Positions 49,050-58,916 of a stretch of DNA of 64,000 nt are shown in pieces. Within the stretch, counting starts at the first letter, position 1; each line of letters begins with the position of its first letter. The position numbers were made by a program, and so were the translations under genes. Location: assembly GCA_963813335.1 (NCBI GenBank), contig CAWEYL010000001.1, positions 608,001 to 672,000 of the forward strand. The letters run 5' to 3'. Below the pieces are notes generated by a model, which saw only the letters and a list, made by a program, of their open reading frames with translations, did not search any database and was not told where the DNA came from. The stretch comes from an uncultured Chloroflexia bacterium. GTDB lineage: Bacteria; Chloroflexota; Limnocylindria; Limnocylindrales; CSP1-4.

Positions 49050-50231
49050 GTGACCCACGACGATCGTCCCGGCCTGTCGGGCGTGACCCCGGCCGAGCTC
49101 GAGGCCTGGGTCGTCGAGCAGGGCCAGCCGGCCTACCGGGCGCGCCAGGTCGCCGACGCGTTCTGGAACGCCGGCGGTACGACCGACCCGGCCACGATCG
49201 CGCCGCTGCCCGCGCCACTACGCGCCGCGCTGGCCGCGTCGTTCCGTTTCGACACGGTCGGCGAGACCGACGTGCGCATCGCCGACGGCGGCCTGACCGA
49301 GAAGGCGCTCCACCGGCTCGACGACGGGGCGCTCATCGAATCGGTGCTGATGCACTACCCGGCCCGCGCCGGCAGCCGCGAACGGCACACGCTGTGCATC
49401 TCGAGCCAGGCCGGCTGCGCGGTGGGCTGTCCGTTCTGTGCCACCGGCGAGCTCGGGTTCACCCGGGACCTCGCCACTGCCGAGATCGTCGACCAGGTCC
49501 GCCACGCGGCGCGCCGGCTGGCCGCGAACGGCCAGCGGCTGACGAACATCGTGTTCATGGGCATGGGCGAGCCGCTGCTCAACCTCGACCGCGTCCTCGC
49601 CGCGGTCGAGGCGCTCAACGACCCGGCTCGCTTCGGCCTCGGCGCCCGGCACATCACGGTCTCCACGTCCGGCGTGGTGCCCGGGATCCGGCGGCTGACC
49701 GCGCTCGGCCCGCAGTTCACGCTGGCCGTCTCGCTCCATGCCGCCCGGGACCCCCTTCGCGACGTGCTCGTCCCGCTGAACCGGCGCTGGCCGATCGCCG
49801 AGGTGGTGGCCGCCGCGCGCGACCACGCCCACGCCACGGGCCGGCGGATCAGCTACGAGGTCACGATGATCGGCGGCGTGAACGACACCGACATCGACGC
49901 CGAAGCGATGGCCGACCTGCTGCGCGGCGACCACGCGCATGTCAATCTCATCCCGATGAACCCCGTGGCCCACACGCCCTGGACCGCCAGCCCGATGCCG
50001 GTCATCGAACGGTTCGCCGCGACGCTGCGGGCCGCCGGGATCGGCACGACCATCCGGCGCAACCGCGGCCAGGAGGTCGGAGCTGCCTGCGGCCAGCTCG
50101 CGGCCGAGCGGGCGGGTGAGCCGCCGGCGCCGGCGGTCGCGCGTCGGCGCGAGCGGCTGATCGTGGCCAGCGCCAGCGCGCTGCGCGGCGAGCGCAGCCA
50201 CGAGCCGGCGCCCGCCGGGACGGGGGAGTAG
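49050..50231 (+). CDS. rlmN: 23S rRNA/tRNA m2A methyltransferase RlmN
   Basis: [31 protein letters not shown]. Confidence 0.95.
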   Translation: MTHDDRPGLSGVTPAELEAWVVEQGQPAYRARQVADAFWNAGGTTDPATIAPLPAPLRAALAASFRFDTVGETDVRIADGGLTEKALHRLDDGALIESVLMHYPARAGSRERHTLCISSQAGCAVGCPFCATGELGFTRDLATAEIVDQVRHAARRLAANGQRLTNIVFMGMGEPLLNLDRVLAAVEALNDPARFGLGARHITVSTSGVVPGIRRLTALGPQFTLAVSLHAARDPLRDVLVPLNRRWPIAEVVAAARDHAHATGRRISYEVTMIGGVNDTDIDAEAMADLLRGDHAHVNLIPMNPVAHTPWTASPMPVIERFAATLRAAGIGTTIRRNRGQEVGAACGQLAAERAGEPPAPAVARRRERLIVASASALRGERSHEPAPAGTGE

Positions 50232-50233
50232 CG

Positions 50234-51229
50234 GTGGGCACCGGGCGGGCCAGGGTCGCGGCCAGCATCCTCGACGCCGACCTCTCGAACCTCGCCTATG
50301 CCGTGCGCCGGGTCCAGAAGGCGGGCGCGGACCGCATCCACCTCGACGTGATGGACGGCCATTTCGTCCCGAATCTCACATTCGGGGCGAAGACCATCAA
50401 GCACCTGCGCCGGCGGACCGAGCTGCCGTTCGATGCCCACCTGATGATCAGCGAGCCCGGCCGCTCCATCGAGGAGTACCTCGATGCTGGCTGCGACTCC
50501 ATCACGTTCCACGTCGAGATCGAGGAGCCCATCGAGCCGACGCTGCGGGCGATCCGCGACGCGGGTCGAGCGGCCGGCCTGGCCGTCCGCCCCGGGACGC
50601 CGCTGTCGGCCCTGGAGCCGTACCAGGAGCTGCTCGACATCATCCTGGTGATGACCGTGGAGCCCGGCTTCGGTGGCCAGTCGTTCATGAAGGACGTCGC
50701 CAGGGAGAAGATCCTCCCGGCCCGCGACCTGCTCCGCCACAAGGCGCACGGCGCCGAGGTGCATGTCGATGGCGGCATCAACCGCGAGACGGCCGAGTTC
50801 GCCGGGGCGCAGGGGGTCGACATCCTCGTCGTCGGGTCTGCGCTGTTCATCAAGGGCCACGACATGGGCCGCGAGATCCGGCTGATCCGGGCGCTGGCCG
50901 ACGAGGGCTACCAGTACGGCCTCAACGGCGGCGAGCCGCCGATCCCGCGCGACCGCATGGTCCGCTTCGCCTCATTGCCGAAGCCGTTCGCGCGGAGCCT
51001 GATGGACGAGATCGAGGCCGGCGGCGTCCCCGTCGTGATGCTCCGCAGCGACGGGACGATGAACCCCGACGGCGTGCGCGACTACGACCTGCTGGTGCCG
51101 GCATCGGTCGAGACGCTCGTCGTCGAGCGCCACGCCTCGTCGCGCACGGAGTACGACGCCAGGGCCGAGGCCTGGCGCGAGGCGTACATCCGCGAGCACG
51201 GCGTCAGCGAGCCGCCCGGCACCCCGTGA
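50234..51229 (+). CDS. rpe: Ribulose-phosphate 3-epimerase with C-terminal extension
   Basis: [42 protein letters not shown]. Confidence 0.93.
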   Translation: MGTGRARVAASILDADLSNLAYAVRRVQKAGADRIHLDVMDGHFVPNLTFGAKTIKHLRRRTELPFDAHLMISEPGRSIEEYLDAGCDSITFHVEIEEPIEPTLRAIRDAGRAAGLAVRPGTPLSALEPYQELLDIILVMTVEPGFGGQSFMKDVAREKILPARDLLRHKAHGAEVHVDGGINRETAEFAGAQGVDILVVGSALFIKGHDMGREIRLIRALADEGYQYGLNGGEPPIPRDRMVRFASLPKPFARSLMDEIEAGGVPVVMLRSDGTMNPDGVRDYDLLVPASVETLVVERHASSRTEYDARAEAWREAYIREHGVSEPPGTP

Positions 51230-51672
51230 GGGCGCTGCTCCAACGGGTCGCGCGGGCGGCGGTCCTCGTCGAGGGAGCCACGGTCGGCGAGATCGGCCCG
51301 GGGTTGGTGGTCCTGCTCGGCGTCGGGCCGGACGACACGGAGGCGATCGCCGACGGCCTGGCGCGACGAGCCATCGAGCTGCGCATCTTCCGCGACGACG
51401 AGGGCCGCACGAACCGGTCGCTCGTCGACATCGGCGGGGCCGCGCTGGTCGTGTCGCAGTTCACGCTCTACGCCGACACCACGCGCGGTCGCCGGCCGGG
51501 GTTCACGGGCGCCGCGCCGCCGGAGCAGGCCGAACGCCTCTATGAGCGGTTCGCCGCGGCGATCCGCGCCTCGGGGCTGACCGTGGCCACCGGCTCCTTC
51601 GGGGCGGAGATGGCGGTCGAGCTCGTCAACGACGGCCCGTTCACGATCTGGCTCGACAGCGCCGACCGCTGA
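51226..51672 (+). CDS. dtd: D-aminoacyl-tRNA deacylase
   Basis: MRALLQRV, SQFTL, NDGPFT. Confidence 0.96.
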   Translation: MRALLQRVARAAVLVEGATVGEIGPGLVVLLGVGPDDTEAIADGLARRAIELRIFRDDEGRTNRSLVDIGGAALVVSQFTLYADTTRGRRPGFTGAAPPEQAERLYERFAAAIRASGLTVATGSFGAEMAVELVNDGPFTIWLDSADR

Positions 51673-51685
51673 ACCCGGGGCCCGG

Positions 51686-51719
51686 AAACGACGAAACCGG
51701 TCGTCGGGCGACGACCGGT
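51686..51719 (-). terminator. Terminator between convergent dtd and rpmB
   Basis: ACCGGTCGTC-GGGC-GACGACCGGT; T-rich tail on minus strand. Confidence 0.65.
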
Positions 51720-51756
51720 CGGGTGCCTGGAGCGGCGCCGGAGGGCGCCGCGAGAC

Positions 51757-51957
51757 CTAGCGGGACGCCTTCGACAGCGTCCGGCGGCAGCGGGTGCAGA
51801 CGAGCGTCTTGGTGGGGACGCCCTTCTGGTTGTCGATGACGAGGGGCTGGAGATTGGGCTGCATGCGACGGTGCGCCCGGACGCGGTTCATCCCGACCGA
51901 CTGGGGGTTGAAGCCAGCCATCGAGGTCTTGCCGCAGATCGCGCAGGAGCGGGCCAT
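51757..51957 (-). CDS. rpmB: 50S ribosomal protein L28
   Basis: MARSCAICGK...PNLQ...VCTRC; RBS GAGGA. Confidence 0.92.
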   Translation of the reverse strand: MARSCAICGKTSMAGFNPQSVGMNRVRAHRRMQPNLQPLVIDNQKGVPTKTLVCTRCRRTLSKASR

Positions 51958-52092
51958 GCGTGGTCCTCAGGAGGTGGTGTCTGACAGGGTCCAGCCGCGA
52001 ACGGCCCGGACGGAAGCGGTAGGATACCACACGGCCTCCGACGCTCCAGCCGGTCGCCGCCCGACCCGCCGTGCGAGGAGGACGTCGTCCGC

Positions 52093-52515
52093 GTGCCAGC
52101 CAGTCAGACGCCGGGCCGATCGCTCGTGACCCGCCGCGCGATCACCGATGTGGTCCGCGCCGCGACGCTCGGCTCTTACGGGGTGACCGGCCTCGCCGGC
52201 AGCCCGCTCGCCCGACTCCTCGCCCGCGTCGACCTCGCCCAGCCCGGGGTGGTCGTGCGCTTCGACGACGGCCTCGACGTCGAGCTCGACCTGGACGTCG
52301 CGCTCGGCGTGCCGGTCGCCGAGGTCGCCCGCCAGGTCGATTCGGCGGTCCGCTACGCGCTCCGGCGGTCGTTCGGCCTGGAGGTCCGCCGGCTCGTCAT
52401 CCACGTCGGCGGCCTGCGGGTCCAGCCCGGCGGGGCGCCGCCGGTCGTCGCCCACGAGGACCCGACCCAGATCCGGACCCGCGACCTCGCCGACAGCGGG
52501 ACGGACGTCGCCTGA
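52093..52515 (+). CDS. Asp23/Gls24 family protein (YloU-like)
   Basis: ATLGSYGVTG, GVPVAEVA; divergent from rpmB, precedes DAK2 gene. Confidence 0.82.
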   Translation: MPASQTPGRSLVTRRAITDVVRAATLGSYGVTGLAGSPLARLLARVDLAQPGVVVRFDDGLDVELDLDVALGVPVAEVARQVDSAVRYALRRSFGLEVRRLVIHVGGLRVQPGGAPPVVAHEDPTQIRTRDLADSGTDVA

Positions 52516-54176
52516 TGGTCCGCCGGGCCTGTGACGGGGCCGGCCTGCTGGCGGCATTCGGGGCCGCCGTCGTCAATCTCGAGGCCCACGTCGACGAGAT
52601 CAACGCCCTGAACGTCTACCCGGTGCCCGATGGCGATACGGGCTCGAACATGGCCGCGACCGTGCGCGCCGCGCTCGAGGAGGCCGAGAAGGCCGCCGGC
52701 CAGCCGGTCGACCGCGTCGCCGCCGCGATCAGCTTCGGGGCGCTCATGGGCGCCCGCGGCAACTCGGGGGTCATCACCAGCCAGATCTTCCGCGGGATGG
52801 CCGAGGGCCTCGAGGGCAAGAAGCGGTTCAACGGGCTGGACCTCGCGCACGCGCTCGCGACGGGCTCGAAGACGGCCTATGCCGCGGTGGCGAAGCCGGT
52901 CGAGGGCACGATCCTGACGGTCATCCGCGAATCGGCGGACGCAGCGGTCGCGGCCGCGGAGCACAGCGAGGACCTCGAGGTGGTCCTCGCCGCGACGGTG
53001 GACGCCGCGGAGAAGTCGGTGGCGCGGACGCCGACCCTCCTGGCCGTCCTGCGCGAGGCCGGGGTCGTGGACTCGGGCGGAGAGGGCCTGTACCGGCTGT
53101 TCCAGGGGGCGCTCCTCCATCTCGTGGGACAGGCGCCGGCGGCCGCGGCACGGGGACGTGGGACGGACGGCATGAAGCCGTCGGCGCTCGTCGCGCACGC
53201 CGACGAGGGGTTCGGCTACGAGACGATGTTCCTGCTGCTGGCCGAGGGCTCGCACCTGCTCGACGTCGATGCCATCCGCATCCACCTCGGATCGATCGGG
53301 GAGTCCGTGCTCGTCGCCGGCGACCCGCGCGCGCTCAAGGTCCACGTCCACAACGAGCGCCCGGACCTCGTCATCGGATATGGCCTGACGCTCGGGTCGC
53401 TGAGCCGGATCAGCGTGGAGAACCTCGACAACCAGACGCGCGACGTCCGCGAGACGCGGGCCGCCGAGTTCACCACGGGTGACGGCGGGCGCACCGGCGG
53501 CGCCCCCGCGCCGCTCAGCCTCTCCCTCGCGGTGATCGCCGTGGTGGCCGGCGATGGCCTCGCGGCGATCTTCCGGGATTTCGGGGTCGCGGCGGTCGTG
53601 CAGGGCGGGCAGACGTCCAACCCCAGCACCGGCGAGCTCCTCGAGGCCGTCTCGAAGGTCGACGCGCGCGAGGTCCTGATCCTGCCCAACAACCCCAACG
53701 TGGTCCTCGCCGCGCGACAGGTCGCCGCCATGGCCGACCGACCGGTCGCGGTCGTGGCCAGCCGGAATGCCGCCGAGGGGTTCGCGGCGCTGCTCGCCCT
53801 CGACCCGACGCTCGGCGCCGAGGCGAACTGCGGCCCCATGACCGAGGCCGCCCGGGCGATCCAGAGCGTGGTCGTCACCGAGGCCGTCCGCGACGCGACG
53901 ATCGGCGGGAAGAAGGTCAAGCGAGGCCAGACGATCGCCCTCGATCCCGACGACGGGCTCATCGCGGTGGACGGCGACGGGCCGAATGCGGTCCTCGCCG
54001 CGGTCGCCGCCCTGCAGCCCGGCTACGAGCTGCTGACCGTCTTCTACGGCGACGGCGCGGACCTCGAGGAGGCCGAGGACATGGCGAAGCGGATCGGCGC
54101 CCAGGTGCCCGGGATCGAGGTGGAGGTCCGCCACGGCGGCCAGCCCTACTACCGGTACCTGATCTCGGCGGAGTAG
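52515..54176 (+). CDS. fakA: DAK2 domain fatty acid kinase subunit (YloV/FakA)
   Basis: NALNVYPVPDGDTGSNM, GARGNSG, KPVEGTILTV, KVHVH, GGQTSNPS, GGQPYY. Confidence 0.9.
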   Translation: MVRRACDGAGLLAAFGAAVVNLEAHVDEINALNVYPVPDGDTGSNMAATVRAALEEAEKAAGQPVDRVAAAISFGALMGARGNSGVITSQIFRGMAEGLEGKKRFNGLDLAHALATGSKTAYAAVAKPVEGTILTVIRESADAAVAAAEHSEDLEVVLAATVDAAEKSVARTPTLLAVLREAGVVDSGGEGLYRLFQGALLHLVGQAPAAAARGRGTDGMKPSALVAHADEGFGYETMFLLLAEGSHLLDVDAIRIHLGSIGESVLVAGDPRALKVHVHNERPDLVIGYGLTLGSLSRISVENLDNQTRDVRETRAAEFTTGDGGRTGGAPAPLSLSLAVIAVVAGDGLAAIFRDFGVAAVVQGGQTSNPSTGELLEAVSKVDAREVLILPNNPNVVLAARQVAAMADRPVAVVASRNAAEGFAALLALDPTLGAEANCGPMTEAARAIQSVVVTEAVRDATIGGKKVKRGQTIALDPDDGLIAVDGDGPNAVLAAVAALQPGYELLTVFYGDGADLEEAEDMAKRIGAQVPGIEVEVRHGGQPYYRYLISAE

Positions 54177-54177
54177 G

Positions 54178-56367
54178 GTGGCCAAGGCCAGCGCCCCGGT
54201 CCCGCCGCCGCCGGTCGACCCGGTCGAGCTCCTCGACACCCCGCTGGCCCGCTCGGGCCTGGCGGCGGGCGCGACGCTGCGTCGAGCCGGCATGCGGCTT
54301 GACGTCTACGACGTCCGAGACCTCCTCTTCTTCCTCCCGCGTCGCTACGACGACCTGCGCGAGATGCACCGGCTCGGCGACCTGCGCCTCGTGGAGCCCG
54401 GGACCGTCGTCTCGGCTCGCGTGCGGGTCGCGGACGTCAAGGTGCTGCCCTCGTTCCGGCGCCGCGTCCAGCGCACGGTCGCGCTCCTCGAGGACGACAG
54501 CGGCCGGATCGAGGCGACGTGGTTCGGCCGGCGCTTCATCGAGCGGCGCCTGCAGGTCGACCAGGAGGTGGTGGTCTCCGGTCGGGTCAAGTGGTTCGGC
54601 CGGAAGCTCACGCTCGACAACCCGGAGTTCCAGGCGGTCCAGGGCGACGACGAGGTCCTGCACGCGGGCCGCATCGTCCCGGTCTACCGCCTGACGGCGG
54701 GGCTGACCGCGGCCAGGCTCCGCCTGGCGATCCGCGACGCCCTCGACCGTGCCGGCCCGACCTACCCCGAATACCTCCCGGCGGCCATCCGCCGCGAGAT
54801 GGACCTGCCCGGGATCGCCGCGACCCTCGAGTCCGCCCATTACCCGCTCACGTTCGAGGCCCGCGATGCCGCCCTCCGACGGCTGGCCTTCGACGAGCTG
54901 CTCGCGCTCCAGCTGGGCATGGTCGCCCGCCGGCGCCAGCGGGCGCGCGCCGCCGCGGTCCCGATCGCCATCGACGACGCCTCGGACGCCGACGTCCGGG
55001 GCGCGCTGACCGACGCGCTCGCGGCACGGGTCGGGCGGGACGTGGCGCTGACCGACGACCAGGCGGCGGCCACCGCCGACATCCGGACCGACATCGCGGG
55101 CGAGACGCCGATGCTGCGCCTGCTCCAGGGCGACGTCGGGTCGGGCAAGACCGCGGTCGCGGCCTACGCCCTCGCGGCCGTCGCGCGGGCCGGGTTCCAG
55201 GGGGCCCTCCTGGCCCCGACCGACCTGCTCGCCCGCCAGCACCTCGAGACCATCGGCGCCCTCCTCGAGGCGCTCGGCATCGGCGTGACCCTGCTGACCG
55301 GCTCGCTCAAGGCGGACCGCCGCGCCAAGACCCTCGCCGACATCGCCTCGGGGCAGGCCGCGGTGGTCGTCGGGACGCACGCGCTGATCCAGGAGTCGGT
55401 CTCGTTCCGCGATCTCGGCCTCGTCGTGATCGACGAGCAGCACCGCTTCGGCGTCGACCAGCGCGACGCGCTGGAGGGCAAGGCCAGCGGCCGCTCGCCG
55501 CACGTGCTGCTGATGACGGCCACCCCGATCCCGCGGACCCTCGGCCAGCTGGTCTACGCCGACCTCGACGTGTCCGACCTGCGCACGCCGCCGGCCGGCC
55601 GGGTCCCGATCCGCACCGGGATCCGCCGCCCGGACGACCTCGACGGCACGTGGCAGAAGGTCCGCGACGAGGCGGCGCTCGGCCACCGGACCTTCGTGGT
55701 CGTGCCGCTCATCGACGAATCAGGCGTCGAGACCGAGGGCGCGGTCGCGGCCGAGTCCGAGGCGAAGCGCCTCGCCGAGGTGCTCGCCCCGCTCCGGGTC
55801 GGCCTCGTCCACGGGCGGCTGAAGGCCGCCGTCCGCGATGCCGAGATGAGTCGGTTCCGCGACGGCGAGCTCGACGTCCTCGTCGGCACGACCGTCGTCG
55901 AGGTCGGCGTGGACGTGCCGGCGGCGACGATGATGATCATCGAATCGGCCGACCGGTTCGGGCTCGCCCAGCTCCACCAGCTGCGCGGCCGGGTCGGCCG
56001 CGGCACGGTCGAGTCGTACTGCGTCCTCGTCTCGGATTCGGGCGACGAGGTGGCGCAGGCGCGGCTCAAGGCGGTCGCCGAGATCCGCGACGGTTTCGAG
56101 CTGGCCGAGCGCGACTTCGAGCTGCGCCGCGAGGGCGATGTGCTCGGCCTGGCCCAGAGCGGCCTGCCGCGGCTGCGCGTCGCCTCGCTGCAGGAGCCGT
56201 CGCACCGTGAGCTCGCCGTCCAGGCGCGGGCGCACGCGGAGGCGCTCCTGGACCCGCGCGGCGCGCTGGTCGACGGGGTCGACGCCCTCCGCCACGAGCT
56301 CGAGGCGGGCTGGCTGCGGCGGATCTCGTCGGGCGAGGCGGCGGACGATGCGGACGACGATGGCTGA
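54178..56367 (+). CDS. recG: ATP-dependent DNA helicase RecG
   Basis: QGDVGSGKT, DEQHRFG, MTATPIPRTL, QLHQLRGRVGR, QSG. Confidence 0.96.
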   Translation: MAKASAPVPPPPVDPVELLDTPLARSGLAAGATLRRAGMRLDVYDVRDLLFFLPRRYDDLREMHRLGDLRLVEPGTVVSARVRVADVKVLPSFRRRVQRTVALLEDDSGRIEATWFGRRFIERRLQVDQEVVVSGRVKWFGRKLTLDNPEFQAVQGDDEVLHAGRIVPVYRLTAGLTAARLRLAIRDALDRAGPTYPEYLPAAIRREMDLPGIAATLESAHYPLTFEARDAALRRLAFDELLALQLGMVARRRQRARAAAVPIAIDDASDADVRGALTDALAARVGRDVALTDDQAAATADIRTDIAGETPMLRLLQGDVGSGKTAVAAYALAAVARAGFQGALLAPTDLLARQHLETIGALLEALGIGVTLLTGSLKADRRAKTLADIASGQAAVVVGTHALIQESVSFRDLGLVVIDEQHRFGVDQRDALEGKASGRSPHVLLMTATPIPRTLGQLVYADLDVSDLRTPPAGRVPIRTGIRRPDDLDGTWQKVRDEAALGHRTFVVVPLIDESGVETEGAVAAESEAKRLAEVLAPLRVGLVHGRLKAAVRDAEMSRFRDGELDVLVGTTVVEVGVDVPAATMMIIESADRFGLAQLHQLRGRVGRGTVESYCVLVSDSGDEVAQARLKAVAEIRDGFELAERDFELRREGDVLGLAQSGLPRLRVASLQEPSHRELAVQARAHAEALLDPRGALVDGVDALRHELEAGWLRRISSGEAADDADDDG

Positions 56368-56932
56368 CGCGGGCCGCGTCATCGCGGGCCGCGCGCGCGG
56401 CATCCGCCTCGCCGGCCCGGGGGAGGGGACCCGGCCGATGGGCGACCGCGTCAAGCAGACGCTGTTCGCCATCCTCGAGCCGGACCTGCCGGGCGCCGCG
56501 TTCCTCGACCTGTTCGCCGGGAGCGGCGCGGCGGGCATCGAGGCACTGTCGCGCGGAGCGGCGTCGGCGACCTTCGTCGAGCGGGACGGGGCGGCGATCA
56601 AGGTGATCGGCGCCAACCTGGCGAGAACGCACCTCGGCGGTGCCGCCGCGCGGATCGTGAACGAGGAGGCCGTCCGCTGGCTTGGCTCGCCGCGTCGCGC
56701 CGGCGAGGGACCGTGGGACGTCGCGGTCGCCGACCCGCCGTACGACCGCCCGGAGCTCCTGGTCGCGACCCTCGCCGCCGTCGCGCCGCTGCTCGCCGTC
56801 GCCGGTCGTGTCGTCGCCAAGCACGCCAGCCAGTCGCCGCCGCCGGCCCGCATCGGGCTGCTAGCATCCGAGCGGGAGCGGCGCTTCGGCGAGACGACGC
56901 TGACCTTCTATCGGCGCGTGGAGGATCGATGA
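56360..56932 (+). CDS. rsmD: 16S rRNA m2G966 methyltransferase
   Basis: RVIAG, LDLFAGSGAAGIEALSRGA, DPPY, FGET. Confidence 0.93.
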   Translation: MADAGRVIAGRARGIRLAGPGEGTRPMGDRVKQTLFAILEPDLPGAAFLDLFAGSGAAGIEALSRGAASATFVERDGAAIKVIGANLARTHLGGAAARIVNEEAVRWLGSPRRAGEGPWDVAVADPPYDRPELLVATLAAVAPLLAVAGRVVAKHASQSPPPARIGLLASERERRFGETTLTFYRRVEDR

Positions 56933-57426
56933 ACACGATCGCGGTCTACCCAGGCTCGTTCGACCCGATCACCAACGGCCACCTCGACGTCATCCGCCGG
57001 GCGGCGGCCGTGTTCGACCGCGTCGTCGTCGGCGTGCTGGCCAACCCGCGCAAGAGCCCGCTGCTCCCGGTCGAGACGCGCATCCGGGTGATCCGCGACG
57101 CCCTCGCGGCCGGCGGCGCGCCGCTCGGCGCGATCGAGGTCGACTCGTTCGACGGGCTGACCGTCGACTTCTGCCGCGCCCAGGGGGCGGGCTCGATCGT
57201 CCGGGGCCTGCGCGCCATCAGCGACTTCGAAGTGGAGATGCAGCTCGCGCACAACAACCGGGTGCTGGCACCGGACGTCGACACCGTCTTCTTCATGACC
57301 TCGGTCGAGCACGGCTACGTCAGCTCGAGCCTGGTCAAGGAGATCGCGGGCTTCGGCGGCGACGTCGCATCGATGGTCCCCGCGGCCGCATTGGCGGCCC
57401 TCGACGAGGCACTCCGGAGGCGCTGA
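56929..57426 (+). CDS. coaD: Phosphopantetheine adenylyltransferase
   Basis: YPGSFDPITNGHLD, RGLR, SSSLVKE. Confidence 0.96.
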   Translation: MNTIAVYPGSFDPITNGHLDVIRRAAAVFDRVVVGVLANPRKSPLLPVETRIRVIRDALAAGGAPLGAIEVDSFDGLTVDFCRAQGAGSIVRGLRAISDFEVEMQLAHNNRVLAPDVDTVFFMTSVEHGYVSSSLVKEIAGFGGDVASMVPAAALAALDEALRRR

Positions 57427-57498
57427 CGGCGACGTCCGCGTGCCATACTTGCCGGAACGCGTGCCAGGGCCAGTCCGCCGAGCCGGGAGGGAACTCCG

Positions 57499-58035
57499 AT
57501 CGACATCATCTTCCTCGTCGAGCGCCTCGAGTCGCTGATCGCCAACGGCAAGAAGCTGCCGCTCACGACGAACGTGGTCGTCGACCAGAACGCCGCCCTG
57601 GGGCTCATCGACGAGCTGCGCGTCGCCGTCCCCGAGGAGGTCCGCGCCGCCAAGCGCATCAACGCCGAGGGCGAGCGGATCATCGAGAAGGCCCAGATCG
57701 AGGCCGAGCGGATCGTCGCCAAGGCCCAGGAGCAGGCGGCCTACCTGATCGACGAGCGTGGCCTGACCCAGCAGGCCGAGGGCATCAGCCAGCGGGTGAT
57801 CGGCGAGGCGCACCAGGACGCGGACGAGATCCGCCGTGGCGCCGACGAGTACGCGGTCGGCGTCCTGGTCGGCCTCGAGGGCGACGTGGTCAAGACGCTC
57901 CAGAGCATCAAGAAGGGGATCGCGATGCTCGACGAGCGGCGGGCGGACCTCGTCCCCGAGGACGCCGCCGTCGAGGACGCCGATGGCGGCTGGGCCGACG
58001 AGCCGGAGGACGCGGCGCAACCGGCCCACCCATGA
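57499..58035 (+). CDS. SepIVA/DivIVA-like coiled-coil protein; apparent ATC start
   Basis: GGGAGGG RBS 7 nt before in-frame ATC; IDIIFLVERLESLIANGKKLPLT..LIDELR; usual position between coaD and yceD. Confidence 0.75.
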   Translation: MDIIFLVERLESLIANGKKLPLTTNVVVDQNAALGLIDELRVAVPEEVRAAKRINAEGERIIEKAQIEAERIVAKAQEQAAYLIDERGLTQQAEGISQRVIGEAHQDADEIRRGADEYAVGVLVGLEGDVVKTLQSIKKGIAMLDERRADLVPEDAAVEDADGGWADEPEDAAQPAHP

Positions 58036-58586
58036 CCGCCCGCCCGCCGGACGGGCCCCTCATCTGGAACGTCGCCGGTCTCCTGGCCGATGCCGTCGGG
58101 TCCGACCGCCAGTACGCGGTCCGCGACGTCCGGCCCGACCTGCCCGATGGACTCGTCCTGACCGCCCCGGTCGAGGGCGCCGTCCGCCTGTCGCGCACGA
58201 ACCGCGGCGTCCTCGCCGATGCGGAGCTGACGGCGGCCATCGCCGGCGAGTGCAGTCGCTGCCTGAAGGAGCTGGCGATCCCGCTCGCGCTGGGGATCCA
58301 TGAGGAGTACCTGCCGTCGATCGACCTCGCGAGCGGGAAGCCGGTGGCATTCGACGACGAGCCGGACGCGCTCCGGCTGACCGACCACCACGAGGTCGAT
58401 CTCGAGCCGCCGGTCGTCGACGCCATCATCCTGGCCGAGCCGATCGCGCCCCTGTGCCGGCCCGACTGCCCGGGTCTGTGCATCGTCTGCGGCCAGCCGC
58501 TCGAGACCGGCGATCACGTACACCCGGACGACGACATCGACCCGCGACTCGAGGCGTTGCGGGCCTTCCGGGCGGACGACGGATGA
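58032..58586 (+). CDS. yceD: DUF177 / YceD family protein
   Basis: CSRCL, PLCRPDCPGLC..CG, DPRLEAL; upstream of rpmF. Confidence 0.9.
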   Translation: MTARPPDGPLIWNVAGLLADAVGSDRQYAVRDVRPDLPDGLVLTAPVEGAVRLSRTNRGVLADAELTAAIAGECSRCLKELAIPLALGIHEEYLPSIDLASGKPVAFDDEPDALRLTDHHEVDLEPPVVDAIILAEPIAPLCRPDCPGLCIVCGQPLETGDHVHPDDDIDPRLEALRAFRADDG

Positions 58587-58711
58587 GCCGGGGGAGACGA
58601 GCGGCCGGATCATGCGGTAGACTCCGCCGTCGGCGTGGCGCCGCGCCCGGACCCGGGACGGTCGAGCGGCCACGCGACACGACCGACCTCTGACAAGGAG
58701 CCCACGACCCC

Positions 58712-58912
58712 ATGGGTGTACCCAAGCGCCGCGTCTCGCACGCCCGCCAGGGCGAGCGCCGCGCGCACCTCGCCATCGAGCTGCCGAACCTCGAGGAGTG
58801 CCCGCACTGCCACGAGCAGAAGCAGCAGCACCACGTCTGTCCGAACTGCGGCTACTACAACGGCCGCCTGGCGGTCGCGCCCAAGCCCGTCGCCGACGAC
58901 GCAGCGCGCTGA
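58712..58912 (+). CDS. rpmF: 50S ribosomal protein L32
   Basis: MGVPKRRVS, CPHC, HHVCPNCGYY. Confidence 0.96.
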   Translation: MGVPKRRVSHARQGERRAHLAIELPNLEECPHCHEQKQQHHVCPNCGYYNGRLAVAPKPVADDAAR

Positions 58913-58916
58913 TCGC

